This document shows positions 49,513-61,925 of a stretch of DNA of 64,000 nucleotides, piece by piece. A model generated the notes under the pieces. It was not told where the DNA came from. It did no database searches and was given only the letters and a program-made list of their open reading frames with translations. This DNA is from Lytechinus pictus (taxonomy: Eukaryota): positions 47,244,001 to 47,308,000 of the forward strand of contig NC_087251.1 in NCBI RefSeq assembly GCF_037042905.1, in the 5' to 3' direction. The stretch's first letter is position 1. Each line of letters begins with the position of its first letter. Both the position numbers and the translations under genes were made by a program.

Positions 49513-49733
49513 CAGGGCCCTGGGAACGATTTCTTGGCTGGGGGTGCTGAAGTAAATTTGACAAGCAAAAAAAAAGGATTTCACTATAAAGTGAAGGCCG
49601 TTTAGGTAAAAAGAAATTTGACAAGCAAAAAAAAAAAAGCTTTCGCTACAAATTGTTGGTCATTTTCCTTATATTTTTCCCATTCTGCCTATTCAGAATA
49701 ATACCCACAGCACCTCCGCTTCCCAGGGCGATA
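49513..49733. mobile_element. Decayed hAT-type MITE
   Basis: CAGGGCCCTGGGAA ... TTCCCAGGGC; internal AAATTTGACAAGCAAAAAAAAA repeats shared with 59143-59393. Confidence 0.55.
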
Positions 49734-50915
49734 TTGCCATAACTTTTATTCTACATCCGATTTTGACGAAAATCTTAAGCGTATAAAAATGCTTGTTTGT
49801 GTTCTATACATTAATTTTATTCCAATCATCTATATCTTGGGATGAACTTGAGTATAATACTATGTGTTAATCAAGAGAGCTAATTAGTGTTCGTAAGTAA
49901 TTGAATATATAGCCATCTGCAACATTTAAAAACCAAAGAAACAAATTATTTTCAAACGTGGACGCCAATTCAAATCTCTTTTTAGGAAGTACATTATTGC
50001 TTGAAACCGTCAACATCATAACGCAACAGGATCATAATATACGATTGGAGATATTCAGTTTTACTCGGTATTGCTATACCCTCTCCTTTCATAATCTTCG
50101 CCCCTCCCCCCCCCCCCCGTATCTCCTCCCATCAACAATTCATGTAATAACATCTCTCCCGTGCGATTAAAGAAATGTATTGTAGCGGTTACAGAGTTAA
50201 CATGAAAACATGAAATTACTTCATGAATTTTCATGACATCCGAAAGGTCATTAATGCCGGAGCGGGCCCTCATCCATCATGCCCGTGTATTGCAGAGATT
50301 ATACTGTCAAAAACACACCAGTACCGTATCTTATCAAACATGATATCGTTTGGGAAAGAAATATTGATGATTGAGAAAGGCAGAGAAAGCTAGATGAATA
50401 AATGACGTGTGTTTGGGGCCACACGGCAGCTTTATTGCGATAGATGGGACCGGTAACACCTACAAAACCGATTTTAGTCCGATCAAATCTAATACGTTAT
50501 TTCCAATGGCATACCGTTGTTCGATTTGGTGTCGCTTCATAGTATGGCTGTGCATGAATGTGAGGAAGAAACGAAATGGAGAAGGGAAAGAAGTAAACAT
50601 AGGTTGGGACATGGTAATAGATAATAGGAGATGGAAAGAGATAAGATAGAATGATTGAGGCGGAAAGAGAGATAGACATGGGTGAGCATGTATAATATAT
50701 AGCCAAGGGAGAGATTAAAACAGAAAGATATTAGAGAGAGAGAGAGGGAGAGAGAGAGAGAGAAAGAAAGAAACAAAGAGAAGAGGGAAGGGGAAGAGAA
50801 GGAGAGATACAGAAGAAGAAGATGGGAAGACAAGATACTGAATAAGAGGGAGACAAAAGTAATATGCAGGGATGATGGTAGGAGGGGAAAAGAGACATAT
50901 ATTATATAAGAGAGG

Positions 50916-51637
50916 CAGGGGCGGCGGAGCGAAGTTGAAAGTGGGGGGGGGGGCACAGGGAAAAAAGGGCACATTTTCTTTCGTAATGGGCACTTTCTTA
51001 AAACAAAGAAAAGATTACTTATCTTCAGTGGCGAATTGGGCCAAAATTTTGAGGGGGCTAGATATGTCGTATCACGTAAATTTATAAGAAGTTGCGAGCG
51101 AGCGAGCAAAAAATTTGACATTTTTATAACGAAAATTCAATTTTGTGATAGATTTTGACAACTAATATTCATAAAATAATATCATATTTCACCCTTCTCT
51201 CTTTCCTTTCTCTTTTTTTTTCTTGGTCGTGAAAAATTTGGGGAGGGGGCAAAAGCCCCCAAGCCCCCCATCTATCTGTACACCTCTGCTTATCTACCCA
51301 ACTCACATGACCCATAAAGCTTAAGGCACGTAGGGTCAACTTTACAATTTTTGTAGTAATATATATACACATAAAATGGGTCCTTCTCAGGTGAAAGGGG
51401 CACAAAACACGTTCGTGAGGGGCACTTTTCTTGGGTAAAAGGGGGCACTGATTTGAGAAAGGACACTAACGAGAAAGCAATGGGGCACTTGCTCACACAT
51501 AAAACGGGTCCTTCTCAGATGAAAGGAGCACAGTACAAGTTCGGGGGGGGGCATTTTCTTTCTTAAATAGGGCACTTTTTAGTGCTTCAAAAAGTGGGGG
51601 GCACTGTGCCCCCCCCCCCCCCGGATCACCGCCCCTG
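50916..51637 (+). mobile_element. Composite non-autonomous hAT element, copy 2
   Basis: AAGAGAGG|CAGGGGCGGCG ... CACCGCCCCTG|AAGAGAGG; carries the same nested element (51026-51288, flanks CTTATCTT/CTTATCTA). Confidence 0.92.
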
Positions 51638-52434
51638 AAGAGAGGATTACGAAATCTAATTCTGTTAATGTTGTAACTCAGAGATGGGAGAAAATAATAA
51701 AGAATCAATATTGAAGCAATCATGAATTTTCAATTTATGCGTTGGATTACAGACGGAGATGAGTTTTTACCGCCATCTCAACAAATCTGAGTACTAAATC
51801 AGCATCATGTCTTATTCCGAGATGAAATGAGAGCTTAGGGGTTCGGGTTCAGCGACCAAATATGCATCATCGGCTTCACAGTAACGAGGAAAAAATATAT
51901 GTCTCATACATTTATTGGAGATTTGATACGTTGTCGAACTGTACTCGAGAAGAAATCGTGTGCAGTCCATTAAACAAAAGCTATCAAATTTTGTAATAAT
52001 AACCGAAATTTGAAGACTTTGATAATTGTATGAGTAGAAAAGGGACACAAATGATGTTTTATTTACTTTCTATCAACCCGTGTTCTTGTGGTAATCAATG
52101 TAAATAGATTACATAAACTGAAGTAATATAATGTTATGATATGTTATTTTCTTAAACAGAAATAGACATTCTTTCTTTATGCTTTTATGCATGTATTGTA
52201 GAGCATAATTTGCTTCATGCTGCACAACACTTGTTATATCATCATAATCATATTTATCATTATAACTATTAATATATTATTATTATTATTATTATTATCA
52301 TCATCATCATCATTTATATCATATAAATGTTGTATGAAAGCAACCTAATCATGACATAATAGTCATCATTTTCCATTATGATTATGAATAATGCAATAAT
52401 TGTATGCCTATATTTTGAAGGTAATGGATATACA

Positions 52435-52800
52435 GATTCAGATTCATTTTTTTCACACCTCTTTAAAATACAAAAATACATAAATACAAATAAAATTCTT
52501 ATACGACAGAACAGATATTGACAAGTATAAAGTATAAGTAGTCATAAACAGATAGTAAAACACAGTAAATAAAAACAATGATTTCCGCTGTACGGCGGAT
52601 GTGGGGGAAAGACAGAAAGCCATTGGCCTATCGAGGTCTATCCCCCTGATATCGAGGTCTATCCCCCTGATACAAATTATATACGAAGGTATGACTTCCT
52701 TCCGTGAATTAAATTAAAGTGATTTGGAACTAGTAAAATTTACTGTATGTTAAAAATATTTAGTCTTTAAAAAATACGTTTTGAGACAACTATCAATAAT
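52435..52800 (-). mobile_element. Probable LINE 3' UTR remnant with a 21-bp tandem duplication
   Basis: Minus strand GGGGATAGACCTCGATAGGCCAATGGCTTTCTGTCTTTCCCCC, ending in a TGAATC-repeat tail; TATCGAGGTCTATCCCCCTGA duplicated at 52629-52670. Confidence 0.4.
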
Positions 52801-53232
52801 ACAGAGAATGAATGAGCTTAAAATTTTATTCATTTATAGAATCTAAACATGATTTTAGGGGAAAGTATTTGTTTTTGCTACTTGGTAACATAATTAGTGT
52901 ATTTGTATGTATTGAGAAGTAAACTTATTGTTATCATTTAGTTGGGCCTATATTACAAGACTACATCGCTCAGAATGAAGTTTTGTGTGCTAGGAACCTG
53001 ACCAGATTTGAGTAGATAAGGTCTTGAGGTGGCGCTATTAAAGGCTACAGGTTCGTATTTGCTTTTTGACAGAAATGAGGTAGTGATATGCACTTAAATT
53101 GCCATCTTTTAAAGTATCATCTAAAATTATTTATCAAAATAAAAAGATGTAATTAATGGTGCTTATATATATACAGCAACAAAATCGACAACTTTGTATG
53201 TATGAAAAAATTACAATCATTACTTCTAGAAT

Positions 53233-53355
53233 GAATCACCATAATAATCACCAGGATCATGATCATGATCATCATCAACATCATAATTATCATCATCATC
53301 ATCACCACCATCATCAACATCATCATCCTCATCATCTTCATCACCATCATCAACA
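53233..53355. repeat. (CAT)n microsatellite running into assembly gap
   Basis: CAT/CAC repeats; poly-His/Met/Asp ORFs are artefacts. Confidence 0.9.
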
Positions 53356-53552
53356 NNNNNNNNNNNNNNNNNNNNNNNNNNNNNNNNNNNNNNNNNNNNN
53401 NNNNNNNNNNNNNNNNNNNNNNNNNNNNNNNNNNNNNNNNNNNNNNNNNNNNNNNNNNNNNNNNNNNNNNNNNNNNNNNNNNNNNNNNNNNNNNNNNNNN
53501 NNNNNNNNNNNNNNNNNNNNNNNNNNNNNNNNNNNNNNNNNNNNNNNNNNNN
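53356..53552. other. Assembly gap (N run)
   Basis: 197 Ns. Confidence 1.
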
Positions 53553-55082
53553 GAAATTTTTCAGCATGACAATTCAGTTAAAAAAAAGTTTCAAAAATCG
53601 CATAAGTTTTATGATGGCGCCCTTCATTTCACAGAGAAGGATAACATTAAATACGAGCTTCTAATTTTGGAGGGGTGGTGGAAGAGGGGGAGAGAGAGAG
53701 AGAGAGATGGGGAGAAAGAGAGAGAGAGAGAGATAGTGAATGTGTGGGGCTGTGTAATGGAAGTACTCGATCCAGGGTCGCAAAATTAGGTTCCTATAAC
53801 CGATTCTCGCTTGAGCAAGCCATCTTATCTAGGGTGCATGAATGCTGACATATATAAGAACATGCGCTTCAAAAAGATGTGGAGATGCATACTCTAGGCA
53901 GAAATATAGGAGCTTTATTTGTTTAATTGAAAATTTAAGTAAGTGACAAAATATATCACGTATATAGGCAAAGCTACCACTGGAGCCTCAATCATTCTCG
54001 TGACTTAAGGAGGTCCCCTAGGGAGGGGTGGGTGCGTACGAAATTACTTCGCATACACTATTTTGTTCAATGTTTTGTTATATGACGTTATGACAATTTC
54101 GTCATGCCAGATAATTATTATACCAAGGTTATACCCATTATTGTACAAAAATCGATCATGAACGCAATAATGCAACTCAACTGTATTATGTATATATAGG
54201 CCTGCAGCACATCTCATATCCCAATTAACTTAAGCAGGAAACACACAAGAGGAAGTGCGTGTCCCGGCGAATGGCCGGATAATCCCATTAATTTACTGAT
54301 GACAGAAGATGGCTCCACAGACAGTTCGATCATTATCACTTGTGATCTGTAGAGTTTGCTTATATTGATTGCCTTTGCGATTGTGAGGATATAAGCCACT
54401 GCACGAGCAGCACGACTCTCGTCTGTGGGACCATTAGGGTGCATCACTATCAGATGATGTAGGACGTTTACTACAACTCATCGCATCGGGTGCAAATTAC
54501 TAGTAACCCCGGTAGATCCACCAGCTATACTGGACTGCTGGAAAGCTGACAATACTCATTATGCGCACTTGCTCGTTATGATTAGAAAGGAATTTCCTTC
54601 GTACACGTTTCCCGCTTTGCCGACGACCGACTATATACATGTGAACCTTGTAATATACAAGGAAGAGGCCGATGGCAGGAAAAGTGCACGGTGTGTCGAA
54701 CTTCTGTTGTTGATTTGGGTTGATTATTGATTCACTGTTTTTTTTTAATGGGAAAGCAAACCTTTGTGTTTCACCGGAACAAACATCGAGTGTACACCTC
54801 GGCGAGTTACTACAAAGCCAAGGTATACTTAACTGTCCATATAGGTGAAGCCGCTGTAACGCATTTGTATGATATTGTTTTCAGGTTTTTTTTTAAATCA
54901 TCTATCTCCTGGTCTGTCAAAAACAGTCAAGAAATATACTATACTGTGAGAGTCTAGAAGTTGAAAAGTAAACACTCAATGTTTACTAGCTTTCGAAGTT
55001 AACCTTCACCATAATAAGAACACGTTGGTTTGTGCAAGGATACACCATTATTTGACTGTTTGTAAGAACTCTGGCAAATTAC

Positions 55083-55559
55083 ATGGACCTTCCGGAAAAC
55101 TTTCCTCCAAGGAACCTTACAAACATGGTATCGGTGGATCTCAGTGGCTCTTGGAAGTTGGTGAGCAGTGAGAACTTGGACAAGTTCTTGAAGGAGTGTG
55201 GCGTCGGGATGGTCCACCGGACGATGGCATCTAAAGTGTGCCCCACGGTGGTCATCAAACAGGATGACAAGGACAACTTCGAGATCGCCACCAAGACCAC
55301 CCTGAACAAGCAGGAGATGTGCTTCAAGGTCGACGAGGTCTTCAAGGGGAACATTCCGTGGGAGAAATCGGACAGGGAGATGAAGGCATCTTGGGAAGAT
55401 GAGAAGCTCGTCATCAGGATGGTGGATGACACAGATGGTAGCGGACCTGTGTTTGCCCGGTACCTCGACGGGGAACAGCTCGTGTTGGCTCAGAGCAAGA
55501 AAGGAGTGGAAGCCAAGCGGTATTTTCAGAGGATATTACAAACTAAAGAGAAGGAGTAA
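55083..55559 (+). CDS. Fatty acid-binding protein-like (iLBP family), 158 aa (144 aa from second ATG at 55125), intronless CDS
   Basis: DLSGSWKLVSSENLDKFLKECGVG (G-x-W and SEN..FLK..GV signature), then CPTVVIKQD, TKTTLNKQEMCFKVDEVF, VFARYLDGEQLVL and EAKRYFQR; strongly GC3-biased codons. Confidence 0.93.
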   Translation: MDLPENFPPRNLTNMVSVDLSGSWKLVSSENLDKFLKECGVGMVHRTMASKVCPTVVIKQDDKDNFEIATKTTLNKQEMCFKVDEVFKGNIPWEKSDREMKASWEDEKLVIRMVDDTDGSGPVFARYLDGEQLVLAQSKKGVEAKRYFQRILQTKEKE

Positions 55560-55891
55560 AAGAACATCATTTTTGGAACATCTCGTACTAGCTTAGAGCA
55601 AATTAGGTGGAATCCAAGAGGTATTTTCAAAGGATACTACAAACTAAAGATAATGACTAAAAGAACATCGTTTGGGGAACATCTCGTACCAGCTTAGGGC
55701 AAGAAAGGAGTGGAATCTAAGTGGTATTTTCGGAGGAAAGGAGTGGAATCCAAGGGGTATTTTCGGAGGATATTACAAACTAAAGAGAAGGACTAAAAGA
55801 ACATCATATTGGGAACATCTCGTGTTGGCTCTGAGCAAGAAAGGTGTGAACTCCAAGCGATATTTTCAAAGGATATCACAAACTAAAGAGA
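55472..55891 (+). repeat. Four tandem ~103-bp copies of the FABP C-terminal coding segment
   Basis: Units start GGAACA(G/T)CTCGT at 55472, 55575, 55676 and 55812; unit 3 has an extra internal 33-bp duplication (55704-55769). Confidence 0.92.
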
Positions 55892-56908
55892 GTGACTGGA
55901 AATTACACCCGTCTTTTTTAAAATTCTATGCGATATCATGATTATACACAAAGGCTGATTTTTTTCTTTAATCGCTGAAAGTATTTTATATTGCAATAAT
56001 ATGTGCTTTTTTATGCAAATTGAATTTGCAATCTTATATGTATATCAAAGCTATGCATCTGTATATATTGCACTATGATCATTTTAATATCATTTGCCAA
56101 GATTGTTTACGCCGCCACTGTAGTATGCAATCAAAAGGACTAGGCTGAAGTACCCCTGTATCTAAAAGAGCAATCCAAATTAATATAAATATAACAAAAA
56201 TTGAAATAACAATTCCCATTTTTGCAATAAGTAATTGGTTGTTTATTTCAGGAGAAAACCCCCCTCAATGTTTTTCTTTCAAGGCTGTAAGAATTAATTT
56301 TGGTAATTTGAAATGTAATAATTGACCACGGCAGTACACCGTGTCTGAATGTGTCAGTATAATAATATTGTGATAATTAATATTATTAATATTACTACTG
56401 TTATTATTATCACTGGTTTTATTATTGTTATTTTTAATGCTATTATTATATCGTGATTGCCATATGGTCGATATTTATTTCTTTACTTTTATAAATATTC
56501 TTATATTGCAATCATTTGAATCATTTTACTGTTCGTTGAAAACATCATCCTTATCATCATAATTGATCAATTACGATTATCGTAGGTCTGTGTAAAAGTA
56601 ATTGATATACATTACATATATACGTATATATGTACAAAGCCATGATCTTCCATGAATTAAATTACAACGATGTGAAGCAACAAACCATTTGTATTAAGAC
56701 GATATTAAGGAAGTGCTGTGCATATTACATATTGCCATAATTTGCAAGTATGAAGAACTCATGTCTATTGTTTGGAAGTACGTGTATATATATCTTTACG
56801 ATTCCAAGTGTATACTCAAATGGAAATCGAAACTGTCATTTCATAGGCAGGTTCTTTGCTTTGTTTATTTTAATCATAGAAATTGATATATTTGTAGAAT
56901 TATCTTAA

Positions 56909-57517
56909 AGGTCAAGTCCATATCAGATAAATGTTGATTCGAATCAATAGAGAAAAATCAAACTAGCACAGCATTGAAAATCTCATCAAAATCAGTTGTA
57001 AAATAAGAAAGTTATGACATTTCAAAGTTTCGCTAATTTTTTTTACAAAACAGTTATCTGCACAACTCAGTGATTATGCAAATGAGAGAGTCAATGATGT
57101 CCCTAACTCACTATTTTTTTTATTGTTTGAATTATAGAATATTTTAATTTTACCGATGTGACAATAAGGACCAGCTTGACTGAACCATAAAATGTTCAAA
57201 CAATGGTAATTTCAAATGTTCAGAGAGGATTAAAACTTTATTTCACAGGACAATGAAGAGAAAATTAGAACACTATAGTATTTCATGTATTTTCATGTAT
57301 AATAAAATACAAAAGAAATAGCGACCGGGCGTCGTCGTCACTAGTCACTTGACAACCACGGGAAGGCAGGATGTGCATATGTTTTGTGAAATTAAGCGAA
57401 ATTTCCAAAATATCATAACTTATTTTACATCCGATTTTGATGAAATTTTCAGTGTTATGCTTGTTGGAGTCTCCTCTTTTTATTCAAATCACATGTATGT
57501 TTGGACGGACTTGTCCT
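56909..57517. mobile_element. Kolobok/T2-type MITE, family A copy 3
   Basis: TTAA|AGGTCAAGTCCA ... GGACTTGTCCT|TTAG; homologous to 41191-41792. Confidence 0.85.
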
Positions 57518-58012
57518 TTAGATGAGATTGTGATATGCCCATGTACTAAGAGGCTGCAAATCGTTTGGCAATGATTTAACTTTCAAGTTGTTGCTTCTTT
57601 CAATGATATAAGGTTATTCTGACACTTTCAATTAGTTTCTTTTTGATTATGTTATTACATCATTCATCTCTCATGTGATATGTTTCACTCACGTGACAAT
57701 TTGGATGTATCCGGTCACGATTCTAACTAGGATCAGAATCTCGAGTGCTAACCGTTACATTATGGAACCAAATATTTTTGATTAAATTTTAAAATATGAA
57801 ATATATTGCTCATGATTATGTCTGAAGAGTACGATTTATCGCTCGCAATGCTCTTAAGATTAATTAGTTTAACAATGGATGCATTCATGAATGCCTAAGA
57901 AGCCTTAAAATAAAAAATAGAAGATGCATACACATCCCTTAGGTAGTTGATCATTAGACATGGCGGCTGTTTTATAATGCAAATAATTTGCAGCACGAAA
58001 ACATTCATCATA

Positions 58013-58232
58013 CACAGTAAAAATGCTGTTCAAGATTTTATACAACGCTGTTTACTATATGAACCTTACAGTATTTGTTTAACCGTTTAAACAATTATGT
58101 TTAATTTATTGAAGATTAGATATTGAAAATGAAACTTTGTTGCTTAAGATTTAAACACTTGTTTAAGCTGTTTAAACAATTACTGTAAGGTTCATATAGT
58201 AAACAGCGTTGTATAATTTTTTTTTTACTGTG
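58013..58232. mobile_element. Palindromic MITE, CACAG...CTGTG ends, TA flanks (EnSpm/CACTA-like)
   Basis: TA|CACAGTAAAAA ... TTTTTACTGTG|TA; inner arm TTATACAACGCTGTTTACTATATGAACCTTACAGTA is perfectly mirrored. Confidence 0.8.
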
Positions 58233-59142
58233 TACTTGCAAAATTTATGTCCACGCAAAACGTGATCAAACAGAAACTAAATCTCGAACATGGGAGGCAC
58301 GATCTGAACAATAGTTTGTTTATTCATTCTGTTTACACAACAATGAAACCCCCTTCATTCGTATTTGGTTACTCATTATACAAATGAAAAAAAAACCTAA
58401 CTAGGTCTACATTCAGGTCCTACCTCCGTTTGATGTTATCATTTCCCTATTCTGATCCTGCAAGTGTGCAAAGAAAGATTTGATCACAATATATCGGTTT
58501 CTATTAATTATCATTTGGAGATAAAACATCTCACTAATGGAAATGTGTTATAAATAAAAATATGATTAAACGCCGTGTCTTGCTTGTCATCAATCATACG
58601 CAAAATAAAATGTCATTTATCATGTAGCATGACATATATTAGGCTATGAGCAGGCGTGCCAAAAACAACACTGGATGGGGTGGGCGAATATTCCTGGGGC
58701 TCACCTATATTTTAGAGGAGTTCCTAATGTTACACATCTTCAATGCTACATTTAAGGGCTGTAAGCAGAATTTTCCAAGGGGTAGGGGATATGAAGAATG
58801 GTATTCGACGGGGTAAAGCGTCCAAGGTTGTTATAGCACACTTTTTTAAATTTTCATTGGTGAAATTGAACGATGTGGTGTACAACTTTGGTGATTTTTA
58901 AAGATATTTTTAAATAAAAAAATATATAGATTTTTCACATTGGGCAGGGTGAAGATAACTGCCATATCCACCAACCGACGCTGGGTACGGCCATGGAGAT
59001 GACCTCACATTAGCATGAAACAGGTTCTAACACCACAAGCTTACCTTTTTTAAGTGTTAGAATAATCACCACCCCCCCCCCCCCAAACACACACACAAAC
59101 ACAAGTAAAAATTCTAGAACAACTGCCATGCCTACTTCCAGG

Positions 59143-59393
59143 CAGGGGCGGAAATCTCTCCCAAAAGGTAGGGGGACAAGGGGCTGGAAAAATTGACAAG
59201 CAAAAAAAAAAGTTATCTCCCCCAAAGTAAGGTCATCTCGTCCAAAATACAAGTTTTATTTCCATTTTGAATGAAGTATTTCTTTTCATCACAAAAGACC
59301 AAAAAATAGTAGGGGGACATTTGATATTGTGTCCCCCTACTATTTTGAGTAGGGGGGTGGGGCCCCCTGTCCCCTCTGGGATTTCCGCCTATG
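59143..59393. mobile_element. hAT MITE (8-bp TSD)
   Basis: CTTCCAGG|CAGGGGCGGAAATC ... GATTTCCGCCTATG|CTTCCAGG. Confidence 0.88.
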
Positions 59394-59925
59394 CTTCCAG
59401 GGGCTATGGCTTCGTCTTTTTTTAAGTCGTTTTGTCGCCCTCCTCTTTCCTTTTAGAGGGGAAGAGAAAGTGTGTTAAGCGCCCCTCCTAATGAGAAATA
59501 CGCTACTTGAAATAATAGCTTCTATGCATAATTATGAACTAATGCTTTTACAAGAAGGACTCAAATGCTCCACTATACAAGATAAGGAGCGGGTATAATT
59601 ATATACATATCTAGCAAGAAGTCGTGAACTTGTTGTAAGGGATAGATTGGATATATGCAAATATTGAATTTGTGAAACATTCATTCTGGTGAATCCAGAA
59701 ACTTGATAATCGGGAAACATCGCCTCCATCAAGTGGGTTTATTATCATCAATCGTTAATCTCAAAATAGTTATTCCATATCTCTCCCCTTCCTTCTTTCT
59801 TTCTTTCTTTCTTTCCTTCCTTCCTTCTTTCTTTCTTTCTTTCTCTACATATAAATTGGTACACAGTTCTGTCTATTTATGCCATATATTCTTTTTCAAT
59901 GTGCTAATATCAATACCATAACTAT

Positions 59926-60063
59926 GATTCATCATTCATCATCATCATAATCATCATCACCATCATCATTGGCATCACCATCACTATTTTCATCATCATC
60001 ATCATCGCCATCATCATCACCATCACCATCATCATCATCATAATTTTCATCCCCATAATGACC
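59926..60063. repeat. (CAT)n microsatellite
   Basis: CAT/CAC repeats. Confidence 0.9.
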
Positions 60064-60217
60064 ATTGAAATATAGGTATAGTATAGTTCTATCTTGTATA
60101 TCATTACATACAAGTATGTATTCGAGATGAAGAGTTTTACGATAATAGAGAATATGAAAATAATATGAAGAAGTGCAAACTACCATGTTTTATGAGATAC
60201 TATTATTTACTTCCTAC

Positions 60218-60489
60218 CAATGGTGTACATATTGGAGGAGGGGAGGAGGCTTAAGGGCCATGGACCCCCTAAAGATTTCAAGGTCGAGATAAAAAGGTGA
60301 AGAGAGAAAAAGGGAGGGAAAAGGGTGAAAGTGACATTATTTCTTAATTACTATATCAAAATCTATCACAAAATTATACAAATGATTTTTTTTTAATTCA
60401 CTCGCTTTGCTTTCTCACAGCTTCTTAGAAATATTGCTCCAATAAGCCATGCATGGCACTCTCAAAATTTCTGGCTCATTACACCACTG
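60218..60489 (-). mobile_element. Free-standing copy of the inner hAT MITE found in the composite elements
   Basis: CTTCCTAC|CAATGGTGTACATA ... GGCTCATTACACCACTG|CTTCCTTG; reverse complement of 31002-31257 (AAAATCTATCACAA, AGGGTGAAA shared). Confidence 0.75.
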
Positions 60490-61196
60490 CTTCCTTGGTT
60501 TATAAAAACATAAGGTACACAATTAATCTTCCATTTCCATTTATGATATTTTTTATTAGTGTCATTGTCATATAAGACCAATAAATAACACTTCTAAATT
60601 ACTCTGTATCAGGAGAACTTACTTTAATGGCCCTTACAAAGATAGCAAACATAAGGCCCATTGCACATAATTTCTTTGTAAAAACAATTCCATAACTTCA
60701 GTAATATCATGGAACATTAACCAATAAATTTTCAGGCTCATCATATTTATTGAGTGCTTCTTCAAAAATATATCAGTATAAAAGACTATTCCGATGTGTG
60801 TTTTTAAAGGGAGGGGGGTGGGGTATAACAGATTGAAGATTCTAATATGCCTGTAACGCAATGTAGTATAAGTATTTGAGGGAACTTTTACCCACAAAGC
60901 CTTTTAGGCCTTTCCTTAAGTTCTCTTATTTCATTTCATATTGTCATGTATTTGTATATTGGCATATTATGTGATAATCATTTATGTTATACTTTGTAAA
61001 TATCTTTTTATTGAAATGAAATAAATGGATTCAATCAAAAATCAAAATTCATACAATAGTTCATATAAAAACAAAATTAAAATGTCACTACTTTATATGG
61101 TATTTCAATGAGTATTACTTTTTCCCTAAGCATCAATCTTATACAATAGAAGAAAATTTACTTTCAACCTGTATGAAATATGAGTCGGATAAAAAA

Positions 61197-61925
61197 CTAG
61201 CACATCAATGATGTGGAGCTCATCCAACATCTCACAACCAAATTTAACACAATTTTTAATTTCATCCCAGTTGATACTTTAGTGAATCATATTTATATTG
61301 GTGACATACATTAAGGAAACAGAATTGAAGTTGGTGAACCTCATGAGGCTCTCAGATAGAAAAAAAAATCAAAATCAGTCAAGTAGTCAACAAATAAATA
61401 AGAAGCATCTTGTTTTTGTGAGTTTTGAAAAATATGCATAAATTAGCATATTTAATGAGTTTCAAAATTCTGTGTAGAAATGTTGGATCCCACCTTAAGC
61501 TATCATATAAAGCAAACAAAATTGAAACTGATCACCAAACGAAGGAGAAAGGGTATTTTTTGTGTGATTTATGAATAAATTTTGCATAAATTAGCATAAA
61601 TAGTTTTCTACTCAAAATTTCAAAATTCTGTGTAGAAGTTTGATGAACCTTATGAAGTTCTACCAGATGGAAGAAAAAGAAAATCGGTCAACAAATGAAG
61701 AAGAAGCATTTTTTGTGAAAAAAAATGCGCATAAATTAGCATATTGAATGAGTTTCAAAATTCTGTTTAGAAATTTTGAATCCCCCGCCTAGTGCTATCA
61801 TAGTAAGCAAACAGTATTGAAATTAGACTTGAAATGACGATTAAGAACATTTTGAAATTGCGGATGGACGACGGACGCCACACCACGGCATAAGCTCATC
61901 TGGCCCTTCGGGCCAGATAAGCTTA
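61197..61925 (-). mobile_element. Helentron-associated non-autonomous element (HINE-like) with ~150-bp internal repeats
   Basis: One end AACTAG-CACATC.AAT.GATGTG (hairpin)-GAGCTCATC; other end GGACGACGGACG...TAAGCTCATCTGGCCC-TTC-GGGCCAGATAAGCTTA palindrome. Internal repeats CAAAATTCTGT.TAGAA at ~61463, 61621 and 61757. Confidence 0.7.

Larger units (their letters stand above)
48316..49854. mobile_element. Old Kolobok/T2-type MITE split by several nested insertions
   Basis: Left end TTAA|AGGGGGAGTTCACCC. Family A/B-like right-half motifs (CATAACTGTTTTG..AATAAGCGAAA, TACATCCGATTTTGACGAAA, GGATGAACTT) resume after the inserts. Confidence 0.55.

Noticed and set aside
50537-51121. 194-aa minus-strand ORF
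   Set aside because: Spans a hAT MITE and a (GA)n tract; low-complexity Leu/Ser/Phe translation.
26145-53623. Giant composite transposon bounded by AGGGCGCCATC (26145-26155) and GATGGCGCCCT (53613-53623) carrying the sulfotransferases
   Set aside because: Only an 11-bp match, both near gaps, with no matching TSD; more simply two separate repeat ends or chance.
53153-53789. Poly-His/Asp/Met ORFs (also 59922-60186 and 4348-4716)
   Set aside because: Translations of (CAT)n or (CA)n microsatellites and N gaps.
55672-55941. Separate 89-aa gene downstream of the FABP
   Set aside because: TTG-initiated frame through the tandem C-terminal duplicates; reported as a repeat instead.
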